Assembly: GCA_963665095.1 (NCBI GenBank)
Contig: OY762069.1
Coordinates: forward strand, 1,024,001-1,088,000
Source: an uncultured Desulfobacter sp.
Lineage (GTDB): Bacteria > Desulfobacterota > Desulfobacteria > Desulfobacterales > Desulfobacteraceae
Direction of reading: 5' to 3'
DNA length: 64,000 bases
Part shown: positions 28,199 to 37,285 of the stretch, piece by piece
Layout: the number at the start of each line of letters is the position of its first letter
Numbering within the stretch: position 1 is the stretch's first letter
Position numbers and translations under genes: made by a program
Notes under the pieces: model-generated
Seen by the model: only the letters and a program-made list of their open reading frames with translations
Told to the model about the DNA's origin: nothing
The model's database searches: none

Positions 28199-29530
28199 AT
28201 GGCGTCATCAGATAACAACATGGCACAGGTCTATACGGTAAGCGGCCTGACAAGACAGATTAAAAATCTGCTTGAGGATCGTTATCCATTTGTATGGATC
28301 ACAGGTGAAATCTCTAATTTTTCAACACCAGCATCCGGTCATTCTTATTTTTCCTTAAAAGATAAAACCGCTGTGATCTCCTGCGTCATGTTCAAAGGAC
28401 AGAAACGCCATTTAAAGTTTAATCCTGAAAACGGGATGAAGATTAAAGCCATGGGACGGATCTCCCTGTATGAACCCCGGGGAAGCTACCAGCTGATACT
28501 GGAACATATGGAACCCGAAGGCACAGGTTCTTTGCAGGAAGCATTTGACCGTCTTAAGGCCAAACTTCAAGCCCAGGGATTGTTTGATGAAAAGCACAAG
28601 AAACCCTTACCGTTTCTGCCCTCGGGTATTTATGTAATCACGTCCGGGACTGGTGCGGCGGTTCGTGATATCATTCAGGTGGCCAGGCAGCGCTGCCCAA
28701 GTGTCCCCCTTGAAATTATTCCTGTAAAGGTTCAAGGAAATCTTGCAGAATACGAAATTGCGGCCGCCATTGAGCTTGCCAACGACGTTCATGCCTTTGA
28801 TCTTATTATTCTTGCCAGGGGTGGCGGCTCCATTGAAGATCTGTGGGCATTTAACACAGAAACCGTGGCCCATGCCGTTTTTCAGTCAGATCTGCCTGTG
28901 ATTTCAGGCGTCGGCCATGAAATTGATTTTACCATTGCCGATTTTGTGGCGGATTTAAGGGCCCCTACCCCGTCTGCAGCAGTTCAGATGGCCCTGCCAG
29001 ATCAGGCAGCCCTTTTACATCAGGTCCGCGGATTTCAAAACAATATAGAATCTAACATGTTGCGCCGTCTTCAACAGATGCAGGATCGGGTAAAAGATCT
29101 TTACCGCCGCCTGAAAAGTCCTGCCCGTGTCATTGATGATTTCAGGTTTGCCATTGAAGACCTTGAAGCCAGACTGTTTTCTTCAGTTACTAAACGACTC
29201 CGTCACCAGCATGAGAATCTTCACTGGTTGTCACGCACCCTTGAAAACGCCCTGCCCCTTTCCCGTATTACAAACTGCCGGCAGGAGGTTAACACGCTTC
29301 AAACCGCACTTGAGCGGGCATTCACCGTATATTTACAACAATACAGGGATCGGGTTCGGGAACAGTCAGCGCAACTTGCCGCGTTAAATCCCGAGTCTGT
29401 ATTAAAAAGAGGATACAGCATCACTCGCACGCCGGAAGGACAGGTGGTCATGGATGCAAAGACATTATCTGCCCATGACCCTATTGAAATTATTTTATCT
29501 AAAGGACGCCTGGCTGCCCGGGTGGAATGA
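28199..29530 (+). CDS. xseA: Exodeoxyribonuclease VII large subunit
   Basis: VWITGEISNF, SGHSYFSLKD, ARGGGSIEDLWAFN, SGVGHEIDFTIADFVADLRAPTPSAA, LKRGYSI. Confidence 0.96.
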   Translation: MASSDNNMAQVYTVSGLTRQIKNLLEDRYPFVWITGEISNFSTPASGHSYFSLKDKTAVISCVMFKGQKRHLKFNPENGMKIKAMGRISLYEPRGSYQLILEHMEPEGTGSLQEAFDRLKAKLQAQGLFDEKHKKPLPFLPSGIYVITSGTGAAVRDIIQVARQRCPSVPLEIIPVKVQGNLAEYEIAAAIELANDVHAFDLIILARGGGSIEDLWAFNTETVAHAVFQSDLPVISGVGHEIDFTIADFVADLRAPTPSAAVQMALPDQAALLHQVRGFQNNIESNMLRRLQQMQDRVKDLYRRLKSPARVIDDFRFAIEDLEARLFSSVTKRLRHQHENLHWLSRTLENALPLSRITNCRQEVNTLQTALERAFTVYLQQYRDRVREQSAQLAALNPESVLKRGYSITRTPEGQVVMDAKTLSAHDPIEIILSKGRLAARVE

Positions 29531-29534
29531 AAAT

Positions 29535-29771
29535 ATGGCAAAAAAATCATTTGAAACGGTATTAAAACAGCTTGAAGAGATCGTCAGGGAGATGGAGTCA
29601 GGTGAACTGACCCTGGAGCAGGCTGTTAAAAAATATGAAACCGGCATGGCCCATACAAAATACTGCCTTGAAATTCTTGATAAAACAGAACAGAAAATTA
29701 CCCAGTTAACCAAGGCTAAAAACGGCAACCTCGAATCGTCATTGTTTGAGGAAGACAATGAAGTCCTTTAA
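29535..29771 (+). CDS. xseB: Exodeoxyribonuclease VII small subunit
   Basis: SFETVLKQLEEIVREMESGELTLEQAVKKYETG; start moved to ATG 29535. Confidence 0.93.
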   Translation: MAKKSFETVLKQLEEIVREMESGELTLEQAVKKYETGMAHTKYCLEILDKTEQKITQLTKAKNGNLESSLFEEDNEVL

Positions 29772-30699
29772 CCTTTCCGAGTATCTCACCCAGAATCGCC
29801 AGCTGGTTGACAGGGCTCTGACTAAAATGCTTGATCAACTGGACAGAAACCGGGAGCTGGTTGCCGCCATGGGACACTCCCTGATGGCCGGGGGGAAACG
29901 GGTTCGCCCCGTGCTTGCCCTGGCATCGGCCCGGGCCCTGGGAAAGGATCCCGTCATCGCCCTGCCCGCCTGCTGTGCCATTGAAATGATCCATACCTAC
30001 TCTCTGATTCATGATGATTTGCCTGCCATGGATGATGATGACCTTCGCCGCGGGGTACCCACCTGCCATAAGCAGTTTTCAGAAGCCACGGCCATTCTTG
30101 CCGGCGACGGACTTTTAACCCATGCATTTCAGATTTTGGCAGCTCCCCGGGGCCTCTTTGACATCTATCCGGATGCACGGACCCGGCTCGCGCTGGTGGA
30201 TAAAATTTCCGGTGCTGCCGGTGTGAATGGTATGGTGGAAGGCCAGATGCTGGATATGCAGGCAGAAAATTTACCGTTTTCAGCAGAGATGAATTCCGAT
30301 GACGCCCTGGCTCATCTCAAAGAGATCCACCGGCATAAAACCGGGGCCATGATCCAGGTCAGTGTGGAAGCCGGAGCAATCAGCGCCGGAGCTGATGAAC
30401 GTGCCATGACAGCCCTTTGCCATTATGCACAAAACATTGGTCTGGCCTTTCAGGTCATGGATGATATTTTAAATGTTGAAGGTGACCCTGCTGTCATGGG
30501 CAAGGCTGCCGGATCAGACGCACTGCATGACAAAATGACATTTCCCGCTCTTATCGGCCTTGAAGGATCTAAAACCTTTGCCAACGAGCTTGTAAAACAG
30601 GCCCTTAAAGCCCTGGACAGTTGCCCAGTAAATAATTTTGACCAGAACAGCGATGCCCTGCGCGCCATTGCCGGATATATTATCAATCGAAACCGGTAG
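29758..30699 (+). CDS. ispA: Farnesyl/geranyl diphosphate synthase
   Basis: GGKRVRP, HTYSLIHDDLPAMDDDDLRRG, GQMLD, KTGA, FQVMDDIL. Confidence 0.93.
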   Translation: MKSFNLSEYLTQNRQLVDRALTKMLDQLDRNRELVAAMGHSLMAGGKRVRPVLALASARALGKDPVIALPACCAIEMIHTYSLIHDDLPAMDDDDLRRGVPTCHKQFSEATAILAGDGLLTHAFQILAAPRGLFDIYPDARTRLALVDKISGAAGVNGMVEGQMLDMQAENLPFSAEMNSDDALAHLKEIHRHKTGAMIQVSVEAGAISAGADERAMTALCHYAQNIGLAFQVMDDILNVEGDPAVMGKAAGSDALHDKMTFPALIGLEGSKTFANELVKQALKALDSCPVNNFDQNSDALRAIAGYIINRNR

Positions 30700-30723
30700 G
30701 ATTAAAAACAAAGGTAAGCATAA

Positions 30724-32625
30724 TTGACATATCTTGACCAAATTGACAGCCCTGATGATTTAAAACGGATTCCACGGGAAAAATTGGGATTTGTGGCCCA
30801 GGAGCTCCGGCACCGGATTATTGATGTGGTGTCTAAAAACGGGGGCCATCTGGCCTCAAGTTTAGGTGCTGTGGAGTTGACCATCGCCCTTCATTATGTA
30901 TTTGACATACCAAAAGACACTTTGATTTGGGATGTGGGTCACCAGTCCTATGCCCATAAACTGCTGACCGGACGTCAGCGCAATTTTGATACCTTAAGAA
31001 AATATAAGGGGATTTCAGGCTTCACCAAGGTATCCGAAAGTCCCTATGACGCCTTTACTGTCGGACATGCATCCACCTCCATATCAGCCGGCCTTGGCAT
31101 GTGCTTTGCCAAGGCCCTTCACAAGGATGACTCCAATGTGATCAGCGTGATCGGTGACGGATCTCTCACCGCCGGGCTGGCCTATGAAGGACTGAACCAG
31201 GCTGGAGATCTCAAGCAGAAATTTATTGTTGTCTTCAATGATAACGAGATGTCTATTTCCGCAAACGTCGGGGCGCTTTCCTCCTACCTGTCCCGGACCT
31301 TTTCCCACAAAACATTGCAGAGTATGCGGAACCAGTTTGGTCAGTTTCTCAAATCCGTGCCCAAAATCGGAGATGATATGTACGGGTGGGCCAAACGCTG
31401 GGAAGAGTCCTTTAAGACCTTTGTAACCCCGGGCATGTTGTTTGAAGCCTTTAATTTCGACTATTTCGGTCCCATTGACGGACATAACCTGGACCACCTT
31501 ATCGACATTTTGTCCAATATCAAGGACCCGGATTCCCCCATACTGCTCCATGTGACCACCAAAAAGGGCAAGGGATATGGGCCGGCGGAAAAAAATCCCG
31601 TATATTTTCATGGTGTTGGCGCTTTCTCCGTGGATACGGGAAAGACCAGTGCCACCGCGTCAACCGCCCCACCCTCCTATACCAAGGTGTTTGGCGACTA
31701 CATGATTGCCCTTGCAAAGGAGAACACCGATATCGTAGCCGTGACGGCAGCCATGCCTGAGGGAACAGGGCTTAGCGGATTTGCCGAACAGTTCCCGGAT
31801 CGGTTTGTGGATGTGGGAATCGCTGAACAGCATGCAGTTACCTTTGCCGCAGGCCTGGCCGCAAAGGGTATCCGGCCTGTGGTGGCCATCTACTCCACCT
31901 TTCTGCAGCGCGGGTATGACCAGGTGCTCCATGATGTCTGCATTGATCATCTTCCAGTAATTTTCGCCCTGGATCGGGGTGGAATTGTTGGGGAAGACGG
32001 CCCCACCCACCATGGCCTGTTTGATTATGCCTATCTTCGCGCCATGCCAAATATGACAATCATGGCGCCCATGGATGAGAATGAACTGGTCAGGATGATG
32101 AAAACCGCCGTGGCCCACACCGGTCCCATTTCCCTTCGTTATCCCCGGGGAAACGGCCAGGGCGTATCCGTGGATTTCGATGCCCCGGCCGTTGATATCG
32201 GAAAGGCAAAGACCATTCGCCAGGGGGAGGATCTTTTAATCATTGGTATCGGCAGGTCTGTCAATGATGCCGTTGAAGCAGCCGATGCCCTGTCTGTCAA
32301 AGGTATTCACGCCACAGTGGTCAATGCCCGGTTTGTCAAACCCCTGGATAAAAATCTGATTGTATCACTGGCAGGCCGAATTAAAAAAGTTATCACTGTG
32401 GAGGAGCATGTACTACCCGGCGGATTTGGTTCTGCGGTACTGGAGCTGATCAGTGATGCAAATATGGAACAGGATCTTGACGGAATCCGTACAATCCGTG
32501 TGGGTATCAGGGATGAATTTGTGGAGCACGGAAGCCAGAAAGAGCTTCGCCGGGATTACGGTATTGACTCTAAAGCCATTGTGGATGCAGCATTAAAATT
32601 GTGCCGTGAAAAACAACAGGATTAA
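30724..32625 (+). CDS. dxs: 1-deoxy-D-xylulose-5-phosphate synthase
   Basis: GGHLASSLG, WDVGHQ, GDGS...NDN, GIAEQHA, YSTFLQR, DGPTHHG; TTG start. Confidence 0.96.
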   Translation: MTYLDQIDSPDDLKRIPREKLGFVAQELRHRIIDVVSKNGGHLASSLGAVELTIALHYVFDIPKDTLIWDVGHQSYAHKLLTGRQRNFDTLRKYKGISGFTKVSESPYDAFTVGHASTSISAGLGMCFAKALHKDDSNVISVIGDGSLTAGLAYEGLNQAGDLKQKFIVVFNDNEMSISANVGALSSYLSRTFSHKTLQSMRNQFGQFLKSVPKIGDDMYGWAKRWEESFKTFVTPGMLFEAFNFDYFGPIDGHNLDHLIDILSNIKDPDSPILLHVTTKKGKGYGPAEKNPVYFHGVGAFSVDTGKTSATASTAPPSYTKVFGDYMIALAKENTDIVAVTAAMPEGTGLSGFAEQFPDRFVDVGIAEQHAVTFAAGLAAKGIRPVVAIYSTFLQRGYDQVLHDVCIDHLPVIFALDRGGIVGEDGPTHHGLFDYAYLRAMPNMTIMAPMDENELVRMMKTAVAHTGPISLRYPRGNGQGVSVDFDAPAVDIGKAKTIRQGEDLLIIGIGRSVNDAVEAADALSVKGIHATVVNARFVKPLDKNLIVSLAGRIKKVITVEEHVLPGGFGSAVLELISDANMEQDLDGIRTIRVGIRDEFVEHGSQKELRRDYGIDSKAIVDAALKLCREKQQD

Positions 32626-33358
32626 AAAACGACTGGACCAGGCCCTTGTTGAAAAGGGGCTGGTACGTTCCAGGGACCGGGCCAAGGCCATGATTATGGC
32701 CGGAAAGGTGACGGTGAACGGCATTAAAGCGGACAAGCCGGGTACCCAGGTGGGCCTGGATGCACAGCTTGCGGTCAAGACGCCGGATCATCCCTATGTG
32801 AGCCGGGGCGGACTCAAGCTTGAAAAAGCCCTTAACACCTTTCCCGTATCTGTGGAAGGGGCCGTCTGCCTTGATATCGGGGCGTCCACAGGCGGGTTTA
32901 CAGACTGCCTGCTTAAATCCGGGGCCCGGAGAGTGTATGCCGTTGATGTGGGGTATGGTCAGCTGGACTGGTCACTACGGCAGGATGAGCGGGTGTCGGT
33001 GATTGAACGTACCAATATCCGGCAGTTGCCCTATGACACCATTGGCTGTGCCGTTGATGTGGTGGTGGCTGACACATCATTTATATCATTAAAAACAGTG
33101 ATCCCGGCAGCTGAAAAATTCATGCGTCCGGGAACTGAAATCATCGCATTGATCAAGCCCCAGTTTGAAGCGGGGAAAGAATTTGTTGGCAAAGGAGGTG
33201 TTGTCAAGGACCCAGATATAAGGAAAAAGGTGACGCAGGATATTATTTCTTTTTTTCAGGAACGGGGATATCAGGTGAACGGTACCGTGACATCACCTGT
33301 GCTCGGGGCCAAGGGCAATGAGGAATACCTTATTTTTCTTGATTTTCAAAAAAAATAA
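32606..33358 (+). CDS. tlyA: TlyA family rRNA 2'-O-methyltransferase
   Basis: S4-like N-terminus, YVSRGGLKL, DIGASTGGFTDCLL, LIKPQFE, GNEEYL; usual xseA-xseB-ispA-dxs-tlyA order. Confidence 0.93.
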   Translation: MKNNRIKKRLDQALVEKGLVRSRDRAKAMIMAGKVTVNGIKADKPGTQVGLDAQLAVKTPDHPYVSRGGLKLEKALNTFPVSVEGAVCLDIGASTGGFTDCLLKSGARRVYAVDVGYGQLDWSLRQDERVSVIERTNIRQLPYDTIGCAVDVVVADTSFISLKTVIPAAEKFMRPGTEIIALIKPQFEAGKEFVGKGGVVKDPDIRKKVTQDIISFFQERGYQVNGTVTSPVLGAKGNEEYLIFLDFQKK

Positions 33359-33431
33359 AATATCACTGTCAATTTTATTTTTTTTTGATTATTAGAGTAT
33401 TGTTATTTTATTAATCATCAAAGGAGCTGTA

Positions 33432-35501
33432 ATGAGCGAAGAAATCAAATCCATGAGAAATGTGGCTCTTGCGGGCCATGGAGGTGCAGGCAAGACAACT
33501 CTTGCTGAGACTATGCTGTTTAAAGCCGGGGTGACCAACCGCCTTGGCAAGGTTGAGGAGGGAAATACCGTAATGGATTTCCAGCCCGAAGAGACCAAAA
33601 AACAGCAGAGTATCAATACATCATTTATTAAGTATACTCATCAGAAGCATACAATTACATTGATGGACACCCCCGGGGATCAGAATTTCTTCTCGGCTGC
33701 CAAAACATGCATTCCTGTCGCAGACAGTGTCGCCTTTGTCATTGACGGTGTTGGCGGGCCCTCCGCCATGACCGAAGAAGCAGCCGCATCCGCTCTGGAA
33801 TATAACCTTCCCGGTTTTGTCATTATTAACAAGCTTGACCGTGAGCGGGCTGATTTTGCCACGGCTGTGGCTGCCTGTGACACTGCTTTAAAAAAGAAAG
33901 TGATTCCCGTATGCTACCCCATTGGAAAAGAAGATGGGTTTAAGGGCCTTGTAAATATCATTTCCGGCGTAGCGTTTGAATATGATGCCGATGGAAAGGC
34001 CAACCGGGTCGATATCCCGGCGGACATGGCTGAAGAGATCGCAGCAGACAAAGAAGAGTTCATTGAAAATGTTGCCGAACTTGATGATGATCTGCTTGAA
34101 AAATATCTGGAAGGCGAGGAGCTCTCCGAAGACGAAATAAAAGGGGCATTTCGCAAAGGCATTCTGGATGCCGAATTTTATCCTGCAATCTGCGTCTCTG
34201 CCACCAAGATGATTGGTGTGGATGTGGTATCTGACATGATCAATGATTACATGCCCTCCCCCCTTGACCGTGGTGCCTGGATTGCCAAGGACGCTGACGG
34301 TAATGAAGTAGAGGTGGCACCGGATCCGGACGCAGAGTTCACAGGCTTTGTTTTTGCCACTATTGTGGATCCGTACGCCGGACGACTCTCCCTATTCCGC
34401 GTGATTTCCGGAACCCTGGGAAAAGAAGGCAATATTCTCAATGTCACAAAAGACACCAAGGAACGGTTCTCCCAGCTGCTTGAAATCGCCGGCAAAGAGC
34501 AGAAAACCATTACCGGTGCTGTGCCCGGCTCCATCGTGGCGGTGGCAAAACTTAAAAGTACACTGACCGGGGATACCCTGACCGTGGGCAAAGAAATCCA
34601 GATTCCTGCGCCCGCTCCCCTGCCCCCGTGCATCTCATTTGCCATCTCTCCCAAGGCCAAAAGTGATGAAGATAAAATCCATGAAGCCGTCCGCAAAATC
34701 CTTGAAGAGGATACAGGGCTTACCCTTCGGCGTGAAGAGGAGACCCGTCAGACCATTCTGTCTGGCCGGGGCCTGGTTCACATTGAAGTCACTGCGGATA
34801 AAATCCAGCGCAAATTCAATGTGGGTATGGACATCTCCACCCCCAAAGTTGCCTACCGTGAAACGTTCAAGAAAAAAGTCAGGGTTCAGGGCAAACATAA
34901 AAAGCAGTCCGGCGGCCATGGCCAGTACGGTGACTGCTGGATTGAAATGGAACCCCTGCCCAAGGGGTCCGGCTACGAATTTGTGGATAAAATCGTGGGG
35001 GGTGTTATTCCCAGAAATTATATTCCTGCTGTTGAGGCCGGTATTCGTGACGCCATGAAGAAAGGCATTCTCGCCGGCTTCCCCTGCGTTGATTTCCGTA
35101 CCACGCTGGACTTTGGCTCCTTCCATGCGGTTGACTCATCGGAGATGGCGTTTAAAACAGCCGGTTCCCTGGCATTTAAGAATGCCGCAGCCCAGGCCGG
35201 GGCCGTTTTGCTTGAGCCCATCATGAAAGTTTCCGTAAAAGCGCCGGATGATGCCACCGGCGATATCATGGGTGATTTGAACTCAAGACGCGGCAGGGTT
35301 CTCGGTATGGATTCCGACGGTGACAAACAGATCATCAACGCCCTTGTTCCCATGTCTGAGATGCTTCGGTATGCCCCGGATTTAAGCTCCATGACCGGCG
35401 GCCGCGGTACCTTCACCATGGAATTTGAACAATATGATGAAGTGCCGGGTGATCTGGCCAAGAAGATCATTGAACAGGTGAATGCAGAAAAAGAAGCCTG
35501 A
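33432..35501 (+). CDS. fusA: Elongation factor G paralogue (EF-G2-like)
   Basis: Full five-domain EF-G layout (KKQSGGHGQYG, VDSSEMAFK, GDLNSRRG) with divergent G motifs GHGGAGKTT, KKQQSI and DTPGD; not in an str operon. Confidence 0.88.
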   Translation: MSEEIKSMRNVALAGHGGAGKTTLAETMLFKAGVTNRLGKVEEGNTVMDFQPEETKKQQSINTSFIKYTHQKHTITLMDTPGDQNFFSAAKTCIPVADSVAFVIDGVGGPSAMTEEAAASALEYNLPGFVIINKLDRERADFATAVAACDTALKKKVIPVCYPIGKEDGFKGLVNIISGVAFEYDADGKANRVDIPADMAEEIAADKEEFIENVAELDDDLLEKYLEGEELSEDEIKGAFRKGILDAEFYPAICVSATKMIGVDVVSDMINDYMPSPLDRGAWIAKDADGNEVEVAPDPDAEFTGFVFATIVDPYAGRLSLFRVISGTLGKEGNILNVTKDTKERFSQLLEIAGKEQKTITGAVPGSIVAVAKLKSTLTGDTLTVGKEIQIPAPAPLPPCISFAISPKAKSDEDKIHEAVRKILEEDTGLTLRREEETRQTILSGRGLVHIEVTADKIQRKFNVGMDISTPKVAYRETFKKKVRVQGKHKKQSGGHGQYGDCWIEMEPLPKGSGYEFVDKIVGGVIPRNYIPAVEAGIRDAMKKGILAGFPCVDFRTTLDFGSFHAVDSSEMAFKTAGSLAFKNAAAQAGAVLLEPIMKVSVKAPDDATGDIMGDLNSRRGRVLGMDSDGDKQIINALVPMSEMLRYAPDLSSMTGGRGTFTMEFEQYDEVPGDLAKKIIEQVNAEKEA

Positions 35502-35564
35502 TAGTAAATAAAACCGGTGGGCACAGGCTATAGGGCCTGTTTCCACAGAATGGTATGCAATGGG

Positions 35565-35601
35565 AAACCGCCTGAAGGCAGACAAGCTTTCAGGCGGTTT
35601 T
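35565..35601 (+). terminator. Intrinsic terminator after the EF-G paralogue
   Basis: aaaccgcctgaa...ttcaggcggttt(t) inverted repeat. Confidence 0.7.
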
Positions 35602-35699
35602 AGTTTTGCCTGAAACATTAACAAATTGTAATAAAATGGCTATACATATCAAATAATTGGTTGTGATATATTACCTCCTTGTTTTGAATGGGAGGTATT

Positions 35700-36980
35700 A
35701 TGCATACATTATTAATTATTGTTTTTGTTCTGGCCTACACGGCCATTGCTTTTGAGCATCCACTCAGGGTGAACAAGTCAGCGTCTGCACTGCTCGGCGC
35801 AGGCCTTATGTGGACTATTTACGCTGTGGCCACCGGTAACCATCAGATGGTGACAACGCAGCTTAACGAAAATCTTTCGGCAACAGCCCAGATTATCTTT
35901 TTTCTGCTCGGGGCCATGACAATTGTTGAGCTGGTGGATGCCCATGACGGTTTTGAGGTGATCACCTCACGGATAACCACCACCAGCCAGAGTGTATTAA
36001 TTGTACTCATCGGCCTGGTGACTTTTTTCCTGAGCGCCATGCTTGACAACCTGACCACCACCATTGTCATGGTCTCATTGACAAAAAAGCTGCTTGACGA
36101 CCATGAGGACCGGTTGATGTTTGCCGGTATCATTGTTATTGCCGCCAATGCCGGCGGGGCCTGGTCCCCCATTGGGGATGTCACCACGACTATGTTGTGG
36201 ATCGGTGGACAGATCAGTTCAACCGGGGTGCTTGAATCTGTTTTTCTGGCTTCTGTGGCAGACTTTATTATCCCGCTGATCGTTGCCTGTTTTCTTTTAC
36301 GTGGCAAGACGGTGGGAAAAAAGAAGGTGGCGACAAGTGCCAAAACCACCACCAGCTTTGAGCGTAACCTGATGTTCTTTGTTGGACTGGGGTCCCTGGT
36401 GATGGTCCCTGTTTTCAAAGAGATCACCCATCTGCCGCCGTTCATGGGAATTCTTGGCGGACTCGGGGTGTTGTGGCTGGTCGGCGAAGTGATACACCGG
36501 CATAAGTCTGATGAGGAAAAACATCCTTTGACCATGGTTCATGCCCTGACCCGCATCGACATGGCATCCATTGTCTTTTTTATCGGTATCCTGCTGGCAG
36601 TCGCCACCCTTGAAGATGCACATATCCTGGAAACCCTGGCAGTCTGGCTTGACAAGGCCATTGGCCAGCAGAGTATCATTGTCGCGGTCATAGGGGCTGT
36701 CAGTTCAATTATCGATAATGTGCCGCTGGTAGCTGCGTCAATGGGGATGTATGACATCCATCAATTTGGTACGGACAGTTTTTTGTGGACGTTTCTGGCA
36801 TTTTGTGCAGGGACCGGGGGTTCTTTGCTGATCATCGGTTCGGCTGCAGGTGTTGCGGCCATGGGTCTGGAAAAAATAAACTTCTTCTGGTACATGAAAA
36901 AAATCAGCGGACTGGCAATTATAGGGTATGTTGCCGGGATTCTGGTTTTTTTGGCTCAGTTCAAGTTCCTTCACGGCTGA
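35700..36980 (+). CDS. nhaD: NhaD-type Na+/H+ antiporter
   Basis: FLLGAMTIVE, LDNLTTTIV, AANAGGAWSPIGDVTTTMLW, SIIDNVPLVA, GGSLLIIGSAAGV. Start at ATG 35700 after ggagg. Confidence 0.92.
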   Translation: MHTLLIIVFVLAYTAIAFEHPLRVNKSASALLGAGLMWTIYAVATGNHQMVTTQLNENLSATAQIIFFLLGAMTIVELVDAHDGFEVITSRITTTSQSVLIVLIGLVTFFLSAMLDNLTTTIVMVSLTKKLLDDHEDRLMFAGIIVIAANAGGAWSPIGDVTTTMLWIGGQISSTGVLESVFLASVADFIIPLIVACFLLRGKTVGKKKVATSAKTTTSFERNLMFFVGLGSLVMVPVFKEITHLPPFMGILGGLGVLWLVGEVIHRHKSDEEKHPLTMVHALTRIDMASIVFFIGILLAVATLEDAHILETLAVWLDKAIGQQSIIVAVIGAVSSIIDNVPLVAASMGMYDIHQFGTDSFLWTFLAFCAGTGGSLLIIGSAAGVAAMGLEKINFFWYMKKISGLAIIGYVAGILVFLAQFKFLHG

Positions 36981-37004
36981 TCGTGCCATATAATTTTTTC
37001 CTTA

Positions 37005-37042
37005 CAGCATGCCAGGCAATTTAACCTGGCCTGCTGGTTTTT
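37005..37042 (+). terminator. Intrinsic terminator after nhaD
   Basis: cagcatgccagg-caatttaa-cctggcctgctg followed by gttttt. Confidence 0.6.
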
Positions 37043-37285
37043 CTTAACGTTATTGCGTTCAGCAGTAACGTTACGTAACGGGCAGAAAACAACTGGGCAT
37101 ATCATCCACGTTAAATTCTTTTAAACAAAATACATCCATTTTTTGACAAGATTCCAAGTAGATAAATAGTAGGCCGGGTCTGCATTCCCAAAAAGGATCA
37201 GGCTGTGGCACGCAGTGTGATATAGATACGTCACTTAGCTGAAACACAGTTGAAATCTGAAAACACATACGATGAAGGAGCTGAA

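Noticed and set aside
11369..36535. Long antisense ORFs such as 11369..12028, 24301..24930, 25207..25854 and 35843..36535
   Set aside because: They lie opposite well-supported genes and show no family motifs; treated as shadow ORFs.
37206..37221. Second sigma54 promoter TGGCACGCAGTGTGAT
   Set aside because: The -24 element is good but the -12 element lacks the conserved GC, so it is not called as a feature.
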